Counted from the first letter of the stretch, positions 1 to 14,074 are shown. The stretch: DNA of 64,000 nt from Camelus ferus (GCF_009834535.1 NC_045696.1:114268001-114332000); one strand, 5' to 3'. The notes: generated from the letters alone by a model not told the origin. A program made the numbers and translations.

Positions 1-1199
1 ACATTGACAGAAGTGCTGTCTAGGTAACTTTCCAAATTACACCACCCCTAATCTGACTGAGGCAGAGTATATGGAGAAGGGTTTTTGGGGAAGGAGGCTA
101 AAGGCCTTGGGGAGACAATTATGTTGCCAGCGGTACTGGTCAAGGGTGGCTACTCCTTGTTAAAACCAAAGGACGCTCACAACATGGGGCTCTCAGGAAA
201 CTCAGTCACAGGTCAGTCAGAGGAAAGCCAGGAGAATGAACGCCCAGGTCAGGCCTGCTTCTGACCACAGGAGGGCCTTCTTTTGGGGGGTCCTGGAGAA
301 GTCCTGGCCACACTGCTATGGCTGCCCCTTGCCTAGAGAGAGAATTCAGGTCTGCATAGGATGAGTCCAGTGCTCAAGCAATGGCTTCTGGAATTTTCCT
401 CCATCTCAAGGGTCTATTCTACTTTGTGTTGGCTTCATTTTCAGTCAGGATTTTCTTAGGAAGAAGCAGAGAAGGCCCTGGCAGTTCTAGGCTCTCATTT
501 TACCAGCTTAGCAACTATAGAGGGAAGAGCGTCCTCCTCTCCCTCCCTCCCGCAAGTGTGCTGTGGTCGATGGGGCCCTGGCTTGGAGCCTCCTTGGAGC
601 TCCCTGATCACAGGGGCTGGGGTGATGGAAGCCCTCATGAGTCTGCCTATGAGCAGATGGTTTGGGAAGTTTGAAGCCCACAGCCTGTGATTGGAGCAGG
701 GTGGCTTCCCAAAGGAAAATTGGAGAGCTGAGATTCAGGGAAGTGGGAAGGACAGTGGGAAAGCTAAATAAGAATTGTTCCCAACAGTATCCCTGAGCAT
801 CTAGGAAGGATTATTTGCTCTCATTTAATATTGTCTTAATCACCTACAGCCACTGAATGGTGCAAAGTCAAAGACAAGGGCATCATCCAGAGCTCACACA
901 TAGAAGTACCTTAATAGATGATGGAGGGTGGGTGAGACAGTTATGTGGCAAATTATAATCAGGGAGCAAAGCGATACATGCCATGATGTAGACATAAATC
1001 CAGAGTTTATAAAAACCAGCAATGATAGAGACAACTCAGAAAAAACTGGAGAAGAATTCTGGCCATCTTGTCTTGCATCCAGCAGAGACAAATTCCTCAA
1101 GCTGGAGTGCACTACAGGTCACCTGGGGATCTGCTTAAAATGCAGGTTGGGCTGGGGAGGGTTCCAAGATTGTGTGTTTCTTTCTTTCTCTTTCTTTCT

Positions 1200-1290
1200 T
1201 TTTTTTTTTTTAATTGATGTATCGTTAGTTACAATGTGTCAGTTTCTGGTGTACAGCACAATGTCCCAGTCATGCATGTACTTAAATATA
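1200..1290 (-). mobile_element. L1 extreme 3' end fragment
   Basis: Poly-T followed by ttacaatgtgtcagtttctggtgtacagcacaatg, matching the 3' ends of other L1s in the window. Confidence 0.65.
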
Positions 1291-2899
1291 TTTGTCAAAA
1301 CTATGTGTTTTTAGTAAGTTCCCAGGGGTCTCTGACGCTGCTGTCCAGGGTCCTTGCCCTGAGCAGCATAGTAGTAGGGAGCTGGGTCACCACACCGCTT
1401 GTACTAATCCTGTTCCTAAAAAAGAAATATTAGCCGTGCCTCCCAAGACATTGGGGGAGCCTCAGGAGAGCGTCCTCTGTGCAGCACGGGGCGTGAGAAG
1501 GCTTGTTAAGGAGTCTCTTCTCAGCAGCTAAGCCTATTGGGCAGGTGCGTGATCCTGGGACGCTCATCTTGGCAGTTTCCCTTTGTGCTGTACAGCACTC
1601 GCAAAAGCAGATTATGCTGTGAAATGAATTCCATACAGTGAGATAATCACAGGCTGCCCCTGCCAATGGGCTGCTCCCACTGGAATGAATTTGGAACTAG
1701 AAAGTGTTAAAAAAAAATGTAGCCAAACAGCAGGATAATGTGTAACCAGAAATATTTTCAAAATGAGCCAATAAAAGGATATTTGGAGAAAGCTAATTTT
1801 TTAATGTCTGCTCCCACCCTGTTGTCTGGAGTCCCTAGAAGACTGAGAATAACCCTCCTTTCCCTTCTATGGCTCTCCCCCTGGGCTGTGTTTGGAAACT
1901 ATTGATTTAGCTCCTTGATTTGTTAAGCAGTAAATGCCACAACGAGTTTTAACTTGCTGACTTGAATTTCATAGCATGATCTTCATCAGACACAGCTTAT
2001 ACCAGGGAACCCGATTGTATCCTGAACTGGATCCTTCTTTTATGTTAGAAGAACACATGGCTATATTCCTCAAAATATTTATGGACCAAATGTTTAAGCC
2101 CAGAATGAAAAAGATGAATAAAACAAGCAGAAATCATTATGGAGGAATATAACTCTGGGAATTCGGGACAGACTGCCATTTAGGACTTAGCTATTTTTTC
2201 TGGAAGTTGTTGGTTATTTTATCTTTGAAGTCATTGGTCAAAGGTGGAAATTAGAATTTAGGGCATAGACCAATCAGTGGAAAAACTGTTTAGTAGAATT
2301 TTGGATTGTTTCCTCTAGCATCTGTTTTTCTCTTTTCACCTCGTTCAACTTCAGTGACAAAGACAGTGCAGTTGGCACAAAGGTCATTAGATGGGTCCAA
2401 CAAACAAACACTCAGCTGTCACTCACCTGACCTGTCCTTGAACCTGGCTTTGGAGAAGGGGGTGGGGCATGGCAGGGGTCACGCCACAACTGGGAGCATC
2501 AACACGCATATGTGCCGACTTGTTCCTGACCCTGGCGTAGAGTGGGAAGGCAGGGTGACTTTGAGAAAAGACTGGTGATTTTGTCACTCAAGGGCTCCAG
2601 TTCCAAGCCCTGAACTGTTGTTTATGATGGGTTGATATTAATGGGTTTATCTCCTTTCCACTTGATTTTTCTCATTCAATAAAAATGCAAAGCTCTCTCC
2701 ATGTTTATATCTTGCAAATATAACTTGCAAATACTTTGCAAATGAGGTTAAGAAAATGAGACGGCATCTGGTCTTCATAACTAGACAAGATAGACTTCCC
2801 AGGGCTGCCTGCCCTGACCACCCTATGTGATGCCTCCACGGTGGCTCCCCCCTGCCTCTCCTGACCCACTGCAGCCCCGAGCTGCCTGACTCTCAGAGC

Positions 2900-3080
2900 C
2901 TTTCTCATCTTCTCACATAATTTATCATTTATTTATTTATTATGCCCATTGACTATCTCTCTCCTCTAGAATATCAGATCTACAAGACCAGGAATGTTTG
3001 TATTGTTCACAGATGTACCTGCATCTCTGGAACAGTGCCTGCCTGGACCTTGCTAACTTTTCAATAAAGGAATGAATTAA
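2900..3080 (+). mobile_element. L2 3' end fragment
   Basis: ctctctcctctagaatatcagatctacaagaccagg...ggaacagtgcctg...tcaataaaggaatgaat. Confidence 0.55.
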
Positions 3081-3374
3081 AAAAACACACACATATATAT
3101 AACATTTAGAATAAGTTAACTCCCATTTTCGTAGACCAGGTTGAATTTAAAACAGCCATACAGCTATCTATTGATAGCATGTCTCAAACACAATAAGGAT
3201 ATCGTGGAATAATATCTTATCCTTTTTTCCTAACTGGAGAAGAAACTTTTTTTTTCCTGTCATGGAACAAAAGAGACCACTTGATATAGCATTGATAAGA
3301 GTCCATTTGGTAATAATAAAAATTTCATTTCCATTCAGATCAATTAAATTTTCTCAAAGTGTTCAGGTAAACTA

Positions 3375-3570
3375 GGGTTTTTCAATCATGGTATTATTGA
3401 CATTTTGGGTTGGCTAATTCTTTGTTGTGGGGGGGCTGCCCTGTGCATTGTTGGATGCTGAGCAGTAACCATGGCCTTGACCTACCTGGGATCAGTGTCA
3501 CCACCCCCCGCCCCACCAGTGGTGACAACCAAAAATGTCTCCAGACATAACCAAATGTCCCCTGGTTGGA
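3375..3570. mobile_element. MER20 (hAT-Charlie) DNA transposon
   Basis: attctttgttgtggggggctgccctgtgcattg...gacaaccaaaaatgtctccagaca. Confidence 0.85.
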
Positions 3571-3679
3571 ATCACTTAGCCAAACCAATCAATACAATTT
3601 TAAATGGGCTCATTGGCTTACAAAGTTTTCTCTTCAATCATTAAAGAGATAAAAGCTGTCTTTCATCAAGCACTTAAGT

Positions 3680-4262
3680 AGTGGGCAGAATACTGTTCCC
3701 CCCAAAAAGGTCCACACTCTAATCCTGGGAGCCTATGAATATGTTTCCTTTTATGATAAAAGGACTTTGCAAATGTGATTCAGGTTAAGGACCTTGAGAT
3801 GAGAAGATTATCCTGGGATTATTCAAGTGTGACCAATCTAATCACACACACCTTTAAAAGAGGAAAGCCTTTTTAGGCTGTGGTAAGAGAGAAATGCCGT
3901 CACAGCATAAGGGTCAGAGGGATGGACTGTGACAAGGACTCAATCCTCTCTTGCTGGCTTTGGAGATGAAGGAACGGGACCACAAGCCAAGAGATGTGAT
4001 GACTCTAGAAGCTGAGAATGGCCTTCAAATGATGGCTAGATGGAAAATGGGGACCTTGGTCCTACAACTGCAAGAACCCGAGTGAACAAGGAACACACAG
4101 AGCCTCCATTTGAGCCTAGGGAAGGGAATGCAGCCCTGCTGCCGACATCTTAATTTCAACCTAGTAAGATCCACGTGGGCTGTGCGACCAACAGAACTGT
4201 AAAATAATACATCCGTGTTGTCACCAAGTTTGTAGTAATTTGTTACAGCAATCATAGACTGC
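3680..4262 (+). mobile_element. MaLR solo LTR (MLT1D-like)
   Basis: aaaaggactttgcaaatgtgatt..aaggaccttgagatgagaagattatcctgg..aatttgttacagcaa. Confidence 0.8.
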
Positions 4263-4322
4263 TGCAATTTATCACGCTGAGACCTTTATATATTAACTCT
4301 TTCCATCTTTGCATTTTACAGA

Positions 4323-4721
4323 TGTTATTGGCTGAATTGTATCCCCACCAATTTGTATGTTAAAATCTTAATCCCCTCCCCAAGCCCCCATTCCTAGAAT
4401 GTGACTGTATTTGGAGATTGGGATTTCAAAGAGGTAATTAAAGTTAAACGAGGTCACTAGGATGGGTCCTGATCCAATGATTGATGTCCTTAAAAGAAGA
4501 GATTAGGACACAGACGCACATAGGGAGAAGACCATGTGCAAATACCCTTTCAAAGACAGCCATCTATAAGCCAAGGAGAAAGGCCTTTAGAAGAAGCTGA
4601 CCTGACCCTGCCAACACCTTGCTCTTGGACTCCTAGCCTGTGGAACCGTGAGGGGAAATACTTCTGTAGTTTAAGCCCCCAGTGTGCAGTAGTTTGTCAT
4701 GGCAGCCCTAGTGAATATACA
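4323..4721 (+). mobile_element. MaLR solo LTR (MLT1A/B-like)
   Basis: tgttattggctgaattgtatcccc..gaatgtgactgtatttggagat..ggcagccctagtgaatataca. Confidence 0.8.
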
Positions 4722-6229
4722 GTAGATGAGGAAGCAAGTGAGAGAACACAAATAAATTTCCCTAGGACATACAGCTAATATGGAAAGGATTAGAGTCTCC
4801 AAAATCCATGCCATTAATCCACACACTAAGGGATTCCCTTTGCTGGTCAAGACCATGGATGACCCAGAGGATTCTAACTATGGCCAGTTCATAGAGGACA
4901 AGTCCGGAGCATGCATTCAAATTCTGATTGTGACTTACTGGCTGTTGTATCTCCAGGAGCATCTTGGTCTGAGAAACTCAATTTGCTCATGTGTAAAAGC
5001 GTTATTATTTTTTTCCCAAGATGACTTCGAGAATTAAAATGGACACTGAATGCAAAAGGACTTTGCCACGTGAAGGACTCTGCAAATGTGAGGTGGTATT
5101 ATGAAAGCCTTACCTCTGCTGCAAAAAGCAACTGGGTGAGCATGGTTCTCACAGCGCCTTTCAGACTGTCTTTCAGGAATGTTGAGTAAATGTCCATTTT
5201 GGAACACAAGAAGCCACATACAAAGTATTCTTTAACTGAGGGGGAGGAGAGTGGACAAGCATCAATGTTTTCTTTTTACATTTCACTCTAAAAGGCAATT
5301 TAAGTGTGTCTTACTGTTTGAAATTCCCAGTGGGAGCCTTATTGAGTGTCGTGTTCAGAAAACCAGTGGAGTGAACAACAGCTGTTTAGAAAAAGAAGGG
5401 AACCGTCCACTCTGGTTTAGCTTGTTGGGTTTATTACGGGATAAGAGTGAACTGCAAAGAGAAAAAGATTATTTACCTGTGGTAAAGTTAAAAGACAGCT
5501 CTCCCACAGGACAGCAGCGTGTGACACAAGTCTTGGGTTCCGTGTGATGTACTTCCAGGGGGAAAGCATTTACTTTGACTTGAATACTCTTCAAGCTTCT
5601 CTTTCCTAATATCTACTCTCACAAATGATAGTCTTTGTATAGGAGATAATAGAAGCTCCCTTGGCTCCAAAGGATACACCAGCCCCAAACACGGTTGCTT
5701 CAACTGTGAGCTTTAGGAGGGGACTGGACAGCCGCTCCCACCAACCCTCAGATTCCCGGTGAGCACAAACTTAGTGCCAGTGTGGGGAGCTGACATGCTT
5801 TCTTGTACATGTTACCAAAATAACATCACCTACTGATTCCGGCATCAACAAGATACACAGATGACATTCATTTTCTAGAATGTTCTTTCCTCTTCTCCCT
5901 AAGATACTTCCATTCAAACTTCAAGTCCTAGACCAAATTTCATCCCTTTCGTGAAACCTTCTTCCATCTTTCACAGATACAGTAAATCCCTCACTCCTCT
6001 GTGTGCCCATGATACCTTCTTCAGATCTCAAATATACTGTTTACTATCTTATCTAATAATGACCTACGATTTTGTATCATGATTTGTGAGGCTTTCAGTG
6101 AAAGATATTGTTTGTGTTCCCAGTATTATGCATGAAAGATAGCAGGTATATAATATATTAATGAATTTCAGATCAGAGTGGGGAGCTTTGGATAACTTAA
6201 AATTTGTTAATTTATCATTTTTTTCTTTT

Positions 6230-6345
6230 TTTTAAGGGGGAGGTAACTAGACTCATTTATTTATGAATTCATTTTAATGGAGGTACTGAGGAATGAAGCC
6301 AGTATGTTAAGCATGCACTCTACCACTGAGCTATACCCTCCTCCC
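6230..6345 (-). mobile_element. tRNA-derived SINE (camelid Vic-1 type), internally deleted
   Basis: Reverse complement ggagggtatagctcagtggtagagtgcatgcttaacat..cagtacctccattaaaa..ttacctccccc. Confidence 0.8.
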
Positions 6346-6364
6346 ATTTATTAATCTTTAAATT

Positions 6365-8135
6365 TTATGTTTTCTTCCAGTTTTATTGAGACTATATAGA
6401 CATATAGCACTGCATAAATTTAAGGTGTTCAGCATAATGGTTTTATTTACATACATCATGAAATGATTACCATGATAAATTTAGTGAATATCTATTTTCA
6501 TCTATATGAGATCTAACAAAATCTGTATGTATCTAACAAAATTAAAGAAACAGAAAAATTTTTTCCCTTCTGATGAGAACTCAGGATTTATTCTCTACAA
6601 CTTTCATATCTAACATACAGCAGTGTTAATTATATCTATCATGTTGTACATGACATCCCTAGTATTTATTTACCTGATAACTGGAAGTTTGTACATTTTG
6701 ACCACCTTCATCCAATACCCTGTCCCCCCACTCCCCACCTCTGGTAACCACAAATCTGATCTCTTTTTCGATAAGCTTGTTTGTTTGTTTGTTTTTTAGG
6801 TATAACTGCCTCACAAAACTGTGTTAGTTCCTGGTACACAACATAGTGATTCAATATTTCTATACATTTCAAAATGATCACCATGATAAATCTGGTTACC
6901 ATCTGTCACCACACAAAGATATTACATAATTATTGATTGTATTCCCCTACACTGTGCATTTCACACTCTTGTCTCATTTTTTTTGCAACAGGAAGTTTGT
7001 GCCTCTTAATCTCCCTCAGCTATTTCTCTCCCCCCACCACTCTCTCCCCTCTGGCAACCACTTGTTTGTTCTCTGTATCCAACTGTGTTTCTATTTTGCT
7101 GTGTGCAAACCAGACAGCTACATGCAAGACAATCAGATTGGATCACTTTTTTACACCACGCACAAAAAAATACATTTAAAGTGGATTAAAGACTTACATG
7201 TAAGAACTGAAACCATAAAACTTTTAGAAAAGAACATAGGCAGTGAGCTCTTTGACATCACTCTTAGTAATAAATATATATTTTTTTGGATCTGTCTCCT
7301 CAGGCAAGGGAAACAAAAGCAAAAATAAGCAAATGGGATTATGTCAAACTAAAAAGCTTTTGCGCAGTGACAGAAACCATCAATAAAACAAAAAAGCTGC
7401 CTGCTGACTGGGAGAAGATATATACAAATGATATATCTGATAAGGGGTTAATATTCAAAATATACACCTCAACTCAACATCAAAATTGCAAACAATCTGA
7501 TTTAGAAATGGGCACAGTATTTGAAAAGAATTTTTTCCAAAGAAGACATATAGATGGCCAACAGGCACATGAAAAGTTATTCAACATCACTCATCATAGG
7601 GGAAATGTAAATCAAAACCTTAATGAAATATTACTTCACACATGTCAGAATGACTATTATCAAAAAGACAACAAATAATAAGTGTTGGTGAGGAAGTGGA
7701 GAAAAAGAAAAACTTCATGCCCTATTGGTGGGAATCAAATTGGTGCAGCTACTGTGGAAAACAGTATGGAGATTCCTCAAAAAAATTAAAACTAGAACTA
7801 CCATAGGATTCAGCAATTCCACTCCTGGGTATTTATCTGAAGAAAATGAAAGCGTTAATTGGAAAAGATATATGCACCCCTATGTTCACTGGAGCATTAT
7901 TTACAATGGCCAAGATATGGAAGCAACCTAAGTGTCCATCAAAAGATGAATGGGTAAAGAAGATGTGGTGTATATATATATACCACAATGGAATACTACT
8001 CATCCATAAAAAAGAATGAAATCTTGCCATCTATGACAACACGGATGGACCTAGAGAGCATTATGCTTAGTGAATTAAGTCAGATGGACAAAGACAAATA
8101 CTGTATGTTGTCACTTAAATATGAAATCTAAAAAT
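6365..8135. mobile_element. L1 with 5' inversion: 3'UTR on minus (6365-7105) plus ORF2 C-terminal/3' part on plus (7106-8135)
   Basis: ORF fragments [21 protein letters not shown] and KWDYVKLKSFC are L1 ORF2; the minus part is L1 3'UTR. Confidence 0.85.
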
Positions 8136-8204
8136 AGCTGTTTTAAATAACATATACAAAGAAAAATTCACTCTGAATTTGAGTATAGGGCTCTCCTTGA
8201 ACCT

Positions 8205-9005
8205 GTGATGGTGGAATTTAAGATGACCTCTACGACTCCCACCTCCTGGTATACACGTCTTGTGTAATCGCTGACCCTTGAATGTGGGTGAATCAGTAAA
8301 CATGATAGGATGGTCATCCCCTTGACTGTGTTATGTAGCAAATTGTGGTGGGATAGTCCCTCTTGGGATTATATCACATTACATAAGACTCATAGCAGAC
8401 TAGAGAGAGATTGCAGATGTGAAAGAGATTGAGTACCAGGAAGAGTCTAGGCCACTAGTTTTGAAGGTAGAGGGGACCCTATATGTCAAGGATCTGAGAG
8501 TGGCCTACTGGAGCCAAAAGCAGTGCCCGACGGATGCCCACAACCACAAGGAAATGAACCCTTCCAACAGTCTGAATAAATGTGGAAGCAGATTCTTTCC
8601 CAGAGCCTCCATAAAAGCAGGTAGCATGGCTAACACCCAGATTTCACCCTATGGAACCCTGAGCAAAGAACCCAGGATACCATGCCTGGATTTATGACCC
8701 TCAGAACTGTGAGTTAATACATGGGTTTGTTTTAGCCACTAAAATATATTTCATTATGCAGCAATAGAAAACTAATGCAAGTTCTAAGGAGCTGAATTTT
8801 ACCAGTGACCTGAATAGGCTTGGAAGAGGACAATGTCCTTCAGGTGGCATCTCGGTCCTAGCCCACACCTTGATTCAGCCTGGGAGACCCTGAGCAGAGA
8901 ACTCAGTTACTCTGTGCCCAGACTCCAGCCTATAGAAACTGTGAGATGATTGTTTTAAGTTTCTAAGATGATGGTAACTGCTTTGCAGCAATATATAACT
9001 AATAC
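8205..9005 (+). mobile_element. MaLR LTR(s) (MLT1E/F-like)
   Basis: tgtgatggtgg..ctcccacctcctggtata..cacaaccacaaggaaatgaa..gcagcaatagaaaactaatgca; second 3' end at ~9004. Confidence 0.7.
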
Positions 9006-10429
9006 CACCCCCAGCCCCAGCTTCAACCTCCAGGTTACACTGGAGGTAGCTGGAAACACTGGGCTCTGTCAAAACAAAGTAAGGGTTAGGTATTGGGTCT
9101 AAAATAGATAACAGCAACATTTTACTGGCATAATTTTATTTCCTAAATTCATGAATATAATAAAAGTTAATAAAGGAAAATCATAATATATGAAATTGAG
9201 GGTTATGAATAACAATTACTGCATCCAATTTGTTTCTCAATTTTCTTCTGGTTGCACACATCAAGACAATCCCAGCTCACACATATTTAGTAACCATGCA
9301 GTCAATTTCACAATTTTATACACTGTAGACATGTGTAGGCTTGAATGAAAAAAATAGACCACTGCAGAACTACAACTACTGTAATCAATGACACAGTTAT
9401 AGGAAGTCTAATTAAACGCAAAGAAATGATAGAATTTTCTTACCAGGATTTGCATACAATTAAAATTTTTGTGGTGGTACAATTAATGTGGTCTCTTGAA
9501 TGTTTCAATTTGATATGCTATTTAAGTGTATATGTTGGTTTTATGACAGTATTTTAAATAGATGAATATACATATAGTTAAAAATGAAATTTGAATCTAG
9601 GCTTTGTGGAACAGGGAAGCACCTTGGTAGTTTCTCAGGGTTCCAGAGATAATAATTTGAAAGATACTGCTCAGAACCTATGGCTCCATGCTGACAACAG
9701 CTGGTCCTTCAGTAAAGCTGATCTCATTGAGGAAAAAGCCAAATGTATTACTTAATAAACAAACAGACAAATACTTGTGTTAAGCTGTTGTGAAGCTAAA
9801 ATCATGGTGGCAAGAGGAATAGCCTTAGGTCTTGAGTGACAGCAGCTCCTAGCTCTGTTGGGTTTATCTCTTGGGACTGATGCTCCCTCCCAGTGGGGAT
9901 GTCAAGCAGTGATTTCTTGCACCAGGATTCTAAAAGTCTGTGGGGCCTTGCAGTACTGGAACATGCCTGTGATAGAATAGACAACCGTGATCTTCTTGGG
10001 CTGTGGAGCTGGTCTGGCTTCATCACATAGAACAACTAGAGGCACCTTGCTTCTCGTGACCTGAGTGACTGAAGTGTGGTTTAATTTTCTGCTAATCCAG
10101 AAGACAAAATGTCAAGATGTCTGTGACACTTTTAGCTCAGTGCCTGGTACCTATTTAAACCTCAAGCAAATGATTGACCCAATAAAGCTTATCTAAAACT
10201 CTTGAGGCCAGCTGGTTTTTTTGTTTGTTTGTTTTTTAATTTTTAAAAGAAATCTGGTGCAAATATCATCAACTCTAATGTTCCTGGTAAAGTCTGGGGC
10301 AGCACCCCATAATCAAACATTAATATTTCATTTTGAGATTTATACCAAGCATGAATATTTATATTAGATGAGCCAACTAAAGGCTATAATAGCCCCCCAC
10401 ATTAGGGATATTTTATAATAGTAAAAGAA

Positions 10430-10640
10430 TTATAAAAAGGTTTCTAGGAAAACATAACACTTATAAACACATATGCATCTAACACCAAAACCCCAAAATA
10501 CACAAAGCAAAAACTGACAGAATTGAAGAAATAGGTAATTCAACAAAAATATTTTGAAGACTTCAATTCCCCACTCATAATAACTGATGGAATAGTTAGA
10601 AGAAAAATCAATGTCATTTAGAAGATGTAGATAGTAACTG
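10430..10640 (+). mobile_element. Old L1 ORF2 (endonuclease region) fragment
   Basis: atatgcatctaacacc..caaagcaaaaactgacagaattgaag..gaagacttcaattccccactc. Confidence 0.65.
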
Positions 10641-10849
10641 AGCCCAAGATTGCCCAAGTTTGACTTGAGCTAGCCCAACTTCCTGATCTATTCATTCAAA
10701 ATTTGATTTCTGTGCTTATTAACTTAGGGTTCATGGATCCCTAGTACATGTATGGCTTTCAGGGACTTCACAATCCTATCAAATAATATGAAAATTTTTT
10801 TTTGTCAGTGAATGCATTTGGGGAAAGCGTGCTTATAGCTTTCATCAGT

Positions 10850-11510
10850 CAGTTATCATATATTTTCTGAGGGTGCATTAGGCACCAGGTACTGGACACA
10901 GTGTTGGGGGAACAGTTATGAACGGACAGATTCATATGGAGCTTTCTTCCACTGGAGGTGGGTGGGGGTGGGACATTCAGACAATAAACGTAAGTAAGTG
11001 AGACTGCTTTAGATACCGATGCATGCTTGGAGGAAAACAGAATAGAGGAATGTGATAGGAATTGGCTTCCAGGGCCACTACTTCAGTTGGGGGATTCGAA
11101 GAATTCTTTTCAGAGGTGACATTTTTTTGGGAGGTGAAGAAGAAAAGTACTAATGTCTTGAGATAGGGCCAAACATGTTATGTTCAAGAGACTGAACAAA
11201 GACCACAGTGGCCGAGCACAATAATCCGACAGGAGAGTAGAGAGAGACGATCTTGGAGCAGACAGGGGCCAGAGCATGGAGCATCTTGGAGGCCAAGTTC
11301 CAGGATCTGGATTACGATATGCCAGTGGTAAGCCACTTGAAGGTTTTAAGCAGGGATTCATTCTCAGTACTGTGTGAAGAATGGGATACCAGCTGGGAAC
11401 AAATTTCCATGGTCCAGATGGGAGATGAGGGTGATGGATGAGGAGAGGGAAAGAGGAGACCTTCAAGATCTTAACAATCACTAAGGCACGGAACCCTTTG
11501 AAATGGGAGT
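10850..11510 (-). mobile_element. L2 fragment
   Basis: ggcaccaggtactgg..gaacggacaga..aagccacttgaaggttttaagcaggg..gtccagatgggagatg. Confidence 0.6.
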
Positions 11511-12559
11511 GTACCAGTCTGCATATCATCAGGAAAAAGCAAATTAAATCAGCTTAAGCAGTGAGACACTAGTACCTGGCTTTCATTGCCTCTGCAAGCC
11601 TGTGATTTAGAAAAAGGTGGTGTTGTTAACATCAGCTAAAGAAGTTGCAGGCAGGAATCCAAGTCGGGTTTAAATCACCATGGATATGAACAAGTGAAAA
11701 AAAGGTAAGTTAACACTAGCGGCTACAACAATCTCCAAGTTTTAGTGGCTTTCTGTAGTAAGTTTCTCATTCTCGTTCTCATAGATGGACTCCCACCATT
11801 TACCTTTACCATCTCAGCGTTCGAAACGTCCTCAGAGAGAGATGGTATGGAGGGTCATGTGCACGTGTTAAAACTGGGCCCACCACTGGCTGATCTCAGC
11901 TCTGTTCCACATTTCTCTAGTCAGGACCCAGCCCCTCAACACACCCAACTGCAAGGGACTGGAGAACTGGGATCTGGTCCATCATCTCTGCTCCAGGCAT
12001 TCAGGAATCGGGCTCCTGCCACACCCCATTGGTTTACGACTGGATTGTTCAAGATGAAGCCGGGAGGTTTCCTTTGTTCTCTTAAACAAATGAAATCACA
12101 GAATCTCTCTGTGACATCAATTTGCCTCAATGGTGGACAGTTTGTTGTTTGTTGTTTGTTTGCTTGCTTTTGATGGCTGTTGGTTGAACTGCCATCTACT
12201 TATATCACAATAGTGTTCTTCAGCTTCTAGAAGTTGAATCCTTATCTATTTTCTTTTTTAAAGGCCATGCTTCCTTTTGGCCACTTTGCTAACTGGGCAC
12301 GTGATGGGTACGTGACAGGGGTTTCCCTGTCATATTATGTTTCCTGAGACCGGCTTTGTAAAACCAAAGCATTTCACAAGACCGAGGAGTTAATTGCTGG
12401 ATTGAGGGCCTATTACCAACAATCAAAACTTGTGCTGTAAGTAGACTGTGAACATTCAGAACCTGCAAGGAGTCCAGAGCCCATATATTTGTGTGACTTC
12501 TGAGTGCAATTCTCTGCCTAGACTCTCCACTGTTTTATCTTTAACGGTAAAAGTAATAG

Positions 12560-12690
12560 CTGATACTTACTGAATGCTTTCTGTGTGCTGGATCTTTTTC
12601 TAAGTATTGTGATCTTCACGAGAAGCTTATGAGGTAGGTCTTATTATTCTTGTTATAGATGGAAACTGAAGCACAGAGAGGCTAAACGGT
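12560..12690 (-). mobile_element. MIR
   Basis: tatgaggtaggtcttattatt..atagatggaaactgaagcacagagaggctaa. Confidence 0.7.
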
Positions 12691-12739
12691 GTTAGGAAAA
12701 TGGTGGATTTCAGGGGCCATCAAATCACATATCTTTCAG

Positions 12740-13512
12740 GGAACTTGGTGAGTCTCTCTGGTTTGTTTTTTCCTTGTGGATTTTTGGAGAACATTTTTGC
12801 ACAACTTTTCTTTATTAAAGACTCAGAAACATATTTGGCCTGTCTTATCTTGTTTCCAAGTTAGTTCCACAGGAAGAATAATGTCAATGCTTGCTGGCTA
12901 CAGGGGCATGTATCTTTACAAGTACTCAAGATGCTTCCTGTTAGTGTCTCCAATGATGCTCATAATATCAATAATATTGTTTTCAAGGAAGTGGTGTGCT
13001 GAGTAAACATGATTCTTGGCTGTCGCCCCGTTGTACTCTTTGTATGACATTTTTGAATACTTATCTGAAGTCATTTCTTCACAAGAACGTTTTGCCTGTA
13101 TTACCAAAATTATACTCTGTGGAAGAGGCGGCTCACGACTCACGTGTAACAGGATCATTTGGAAGTCTTCTGGGCAAAGTATTCTTTTTCAACTTGTTCA
13201 GTTTAGGTGAGAATGCCGTGTGAAGTAGCTCTCTTAAAAAATCATCTCTGAGTTTATTTAGTCAGTAACGCAATCCGACACTCGTCAAATCCATTTACTA
13301 CTATTTACATCCAAGGGATCTTCAAGAGGGCTGATTCATTTCTCAGATTGTTCACACAATGAAGCTCTAAAACAGAAACTGGTTCTTTCGCAGTTTCATA
13401 TTTCCTCTGAAATCTTGGCCGATGTCCCCCGCTCTTGTACACCGTGGGAAACTTTCTTATAGGTGGTAATGAGCTATCAGGGACCATAAATATGCAGCTC
13501 AGCCTTCAGGTT
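12740..13512 (-). pseudogene. Decayed exon, C-terminal RGS domain
   Basis: Acceptor gggtcttacag|; KIPWM*IVVNGFDECRIALLTK*TQR*FF (cf. RGSL1 GWMRM..KYRRFMLNP, RGS22 FRKALLNPVTSRQF, recalled); AKNHVYSAHHFLENN; PASIDIILPVELTWKQ. 3' end uncertain. Confidence 0.62.
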
Positions 13513-14074
13513 CTGTAAGACCCAATAATTTACACAATGTTGAATGAATTTTCAGTGTGAAGCCTGCTAATGGGGCATTCTTGCTGCAGCTTCCTCTTGT
13601 CTGTCCTCTTACTCTGTTTTGTATGACCGGAGTCATTCATTTATATGATGAACTCGGCCCCTGAAAACTGCTCTGGGGTGCTCTTCAGTTTCTAGAAGTT
13701 GGCATCCCTAACTTTCTCCTTTTTAAAATATAAGTGCATTTTGGTCTGCCTCATCAACTGGGCATATTTTGGGATTTCTTAAAGGATGGAGGCATTAGCT
13801 GCTTGATTTAGAGCCTGTTAACAACAATCAAGATTTGGGCTGCAAGTGTGAGTGAAGGGTTTAGGGCTTGTGGTGGGCTTGGCCATGGATACCATTCAAA
13901 ATATTTACATTAACTTCTCGATGCATGCATTTTTAATCACCGTGTGTCTGGATCTAGAATTTGGGTTTAAGTTACCAGTTATTTACTTTGTAATACTTAG
14001 CACACTTCCTTATCTAATTTTTATATAAGCCTCAAGTCCTGAAAAAAAAATAAAAGCTCTAAGAGACTCTAAAC

